Assembly: GCF_018350175.1 (NCBI RefSeq)
Contig: NC_058368.1
Span: forward strand, 106,890,001-106,954,000
Length of the DNA stretch: 64,000 nucleotides
Direction of reading: 5' to 3'
DNA from: Felis catus
Lineage: Eukaryota
Below are positions 60,972 to 64,000 of the stretch, piece by piece (positions within the stretch are counted from its first letter, which is position 1; each line of letters begins with the position of its first letter). Under the pieces are notes generated by a model, which was not told the DNA's origin, ran no database searches, and saw only the letters and a program-made list of their open reading frames with translations. Both the position numbers and the translations under genes were made by a program.

Positions 60972-62861
60972 GGGTATAAATTTTTGAGGAAGAAACTCTA
61001 AAGCATGGTACCCTCTGAAGAGTAGCCCGAGCAAGGGTCTTGCTTGCTTAAGTCTAAGGTGGTGTTGCCAGTGGCCATAACCAATCTTTAACAAAGCTAA
61101 TTGAGGGAGCCAGCATTTTAGTTGTCTTATGAGCCAACTATGAGCCAAATGTAGGATGGAAACAACATGACTGCCTGTATTTGTTCAAAATTCTGACCAA
61201 AACCTTGCCCTTGAACAAGGTTCAACAAAATAAGGTCCAAAACTCAGGATTTTCTCGTAAGTCTTCAGCAGTTCTGTTCATGGTTACGTCAGGCCGCTTA
61301 CAGCATGAAGCTGGAATGTAAATAGGGGTGGCCTCAGCAAACAGGAAGACATTTAAAGGTGACAAACTTATCTAGGACTTTATCTCTTTGTCTATGTTTA
61401 CTGTAGGAAAAACCACAGTGAGGAAAAGAAGTCACCAGACAGACATACCAGTGAGCTAGTAACATCAACAAAACACAACAGTCCCATCAATTGACCTTAA
61501 CCTGTTTCTTAAACCTTTATGAAATATCAGAGAACCTCTTTCAGATTCCATTTCCTCAATGTCTACGATGCTTCTAAAGCTTGTCATCCATGGCAGTAGA
61601 AATAATATAGAAATTATGTGATGTGACATTTTGTGTGAAATATCATAGTACAGTAATTGATTATCTAAGGTTATAAGGTATCCAGAATGTAGTTTAAACC
61701 AATATCAAAATGTGCTACATAGACTGCTTAGGTTAGAGCCAAACAGAAAGCTCTTTAAAAAAAAAATGGCTTTTTGGGCTCTAGAATCATGGACTCTGGG
61801 AATGGGTTTTAGAAATCTGTATTTTTAACAAATCCATTAGGCAATACTAGCAAAAAAAATGTGAAAACCCTTAGATTAAGATCTCAGAAATGATTAAATT
61901 TAGCCTCATCTTCTGGAGGTAAGGCATTAATTCTGGTTTTTTCAGCTGGATGCTTCATATGCAATGCAGAAAATATCAGTGTCTGATTGCCCCGGGATGA
62001 CCATCTCTTACCATTAGCCCACTGGACACTGAAGCCATCCAGCCCCTCCCTAGCATTGAATAAGAAGGAGTATTTTCATAGATAGAAAAACCCCATCATT
62101 GTTGTCTAGATTAGAAGATCAGGTTAGCTTTGGAGGGTCTTAGCCATCTGAAGTTGAGGAATAATGAAAAGCACATGTAGCAAAGCATCTTATAGACAGA
62201 AAATAGTACTTTTTAATAATTAAAAAAACAGTAATCTGGGCATTTCTAGATTTATGATTTCTTTAAATTATTTTTTGCCTCAGTTGTTCCTGAGGGCATT
62301 TAACTGCTGTTATCATTACAATATTTCTTCTCTCTCCCTCTTGTGTTGGTATGTGTTGGTAGAAATTGTTGGTTGCTCAAAACAATTGTCTAAGCATTTC
62401 TAAAATCTTTAATCTCCATTTAATATCCATTCTAAAGGGTGGATTGCTTTTTTTTTTTTTGTAATGCAGTGTCTCTTAATGAATATGTTAAACATAACTT
62501 AATGTTCAGTTCTGTGGTTTTCCAATGTGAAATTATCTTATGAGGACAGTCTCCCAAGATGGGAAGTTAACCACTGCCTTATTATAAATTCTTTGAGATA
62601 GAGAAGTTGACCATTATTATCTCCAGCTCTGGGCTCAGTCATCTACTGGGAAGAAAATAAGAATATGAAAAAAAAATTCTGTTGGGAATAGAAAAAGGCA
62701 AGTTTTTTAAGTGACTAAATTGACAATGTAGAATCTCAGGCCATTTTGGAATACTCAGGTGCATGAAGGCTAGAATTATTGTATCAGTTTACTTATGTTG
62801 AAATTTTTATCATCAGTACACTGTTAACCATAAGAAATCCCATATTGAAAAATTTAAAGAA

Positions 62862-63165
62862 ATAGAAAAAGACAAATATCATATGATTTCACTCAGATGT
62901 GGAATTTAAGAAACAAAACATAGGAACATATGGGAAGGGGGAAAAAGAGAGAGAGAAAGAGAGAGAGGAAAACAAACCAGAAGAGACTTTTAAAGATAAA
63001 GAACAAACTGAAGGTTTATTGAACGGAGGTAGGTGGGGGATGGGCTAGATGAGTGATGGGTAGTAAAGAGGGCAATTATTATGATGAGCACTGGGTGTTA
63101 TATGTAAGTGATGAATTACTAAATTCTACTCCTGTAGAATTTAAATAAAATTTTGAAAAAAAAAA
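62862..63165 (+). mobile_element. Carnivore L1 3' end
   Basis: gacaaatatcatatgatttcactc...gatgagcactgggtgttatatgtaagtgatgaatt...aataaaa and A tail. Confidence 0.9.
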
Positions 63166-63170
63166 TTCCC

Positions 63171-63345
63171 GGGGCACCTAGGTGGCTCAGACAGTTGAGC
63201 ATCTGACTCTTGGTTTCGGCTCAGGTCATGTGGAGCCTTCTTGAGGTTCTCTCTCTCTCCCTCTCTCTCTCTGCCCCTTCCCCATGCGCGCGCGCGCGCG
63301 CGCGCACACACACACACACACTCTCTCATCTCAAAATAAAAAAAA
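63171..63345 (+). mobile_element. Internally deleted Can-SINE with (CG)n(CA)n, adjacent to the L1 tail
   Basis: Head ggggcacctaggtggctcag; central deletion; CG/CA run at 63286-63320. Confidence 0.85.
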
Positions 63346-63818
63346 CTAAATCCCACCACAAAAAAAATATAGATAGATAGATAAATGAAATAGGTGAGGA
63401 ATTTTATCTTCAGTCTTTAGTGTTCACCTACTTCTGGGCCAACACATCTCTGTCCTTTTTTCTTTTCCCTGAGTAGGATGTTGTTTTCCAGTATCTGCCT
63501 GTCCCTGCATCACCATGGAAAAGCATCGCATAGCCACAAGTCTTTCTCACTGTTTACAGTCTTAGCAATGGGTGTGATTGACCCAGAATTTACTTTATAT
63601 GGAATTTGATGATAGGCTTTTACTTTTTAATTTAGGAACACAGGATGAACATGACAAAGTGGATAACTAAAAGATTTTCTTTTAGGTGAATGAAATATAT
63701 TCTGTGTTCATTAGCCACAGTATGCCTGGCACTTAGCTTGGAGTTCAGGTGAGCCCAAAGAGAATGCTGGCCATTGTCCTTTTAGAATTACAGCCTAGAT
63801 TGAAAAACCAAAGTAAAA

Positions 63819-63857
<39 letters not shown>
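63819..63857. repeat. (CA)n microsatellite
   Basis: Directly visible. Confidence 0.95.
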
Positions 63858-63861
<4 letters not shown>

Positions 63862-64000
63862 ACTAACAATCCACGACTCTAATAATGTGCTGAGTATTAT
63901 GAAGATTCAGAGAGATGAGAGAACTCATTTTACATTCAGAAAAAGACAAGAGAAAAAAAAAGAGTAATGTTTTCATTTTCTATTGTTTAGTTTATCAGCC

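Larger units (their letters stand above)
59025..61068 (-). mobile_element. hAT-Tip100 DNA transposon remnant (Zaphod/MER115-like), interrupted by two SINEs
   Basis: Reverse complement of the right end (caccaccttagacttaagcaagcaagacccttgctcgggc...agagggtaccatgctttagag) resembles the recalled Zaphod terminus; the left end is approximate. Confidence 0.45.

Noticed and set aside
636..63359. Recurrent short ORFs (MAQSVKRPTSAQV..., RERGRHRI...) resembling a peptide family, and tRNA-like A/B boxes
   Set aside because: All are translations or heads of tRNA-derived Can-SINEs; no true tRNA, rRNA or CRISPR array was seen.

Overview
Felid (cat-family) genomic DNA, judged from the dense feliform Can-SINEs and carnivore-type L1s; the species cannot be determined. 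Two + strand genes are present. The last two coding exons of ADAMTS19 (final TSP1 repeat and PLAC domain; 2763-2940 and 7112-7263) are followed by its 3' UTR. MINAR2/KIAA1024L is complete in three coding exons (16067-16231, 28280-28507, 32097-32276; 190 aa, intact). The rest is intronic or intergenic and transposon-rich: about 29 Can-SINEs, L1 fragments, an LTR40-like solo LTR, two LTR33/ERVL remnants, a decayed class I ERV with integrase and env remnants split by younger insertions, MLT1, MIR, L2 and hAT elements. Most ORFs in the supplied track are repeat-derived or chance. I found no new gene or unambiguous new biological system. The best leads are: a divergent CTCF-motif cluster with a 17-bp exact inverted match 3' of MINAR2; an ERVL fold-back inverted duplication between the genes; an in-frame uORF whose stop doubles as a splice acceptor just before the MINAR2 ATG; a SINE-strengthened cryptic acceptor ahead of an ADAMTS19 exon; and an LTR at the probable ADAMTS19 cleavage site. 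Repeat family names are from recalled consensus sequences, and boundaries without TSDs are approximate.
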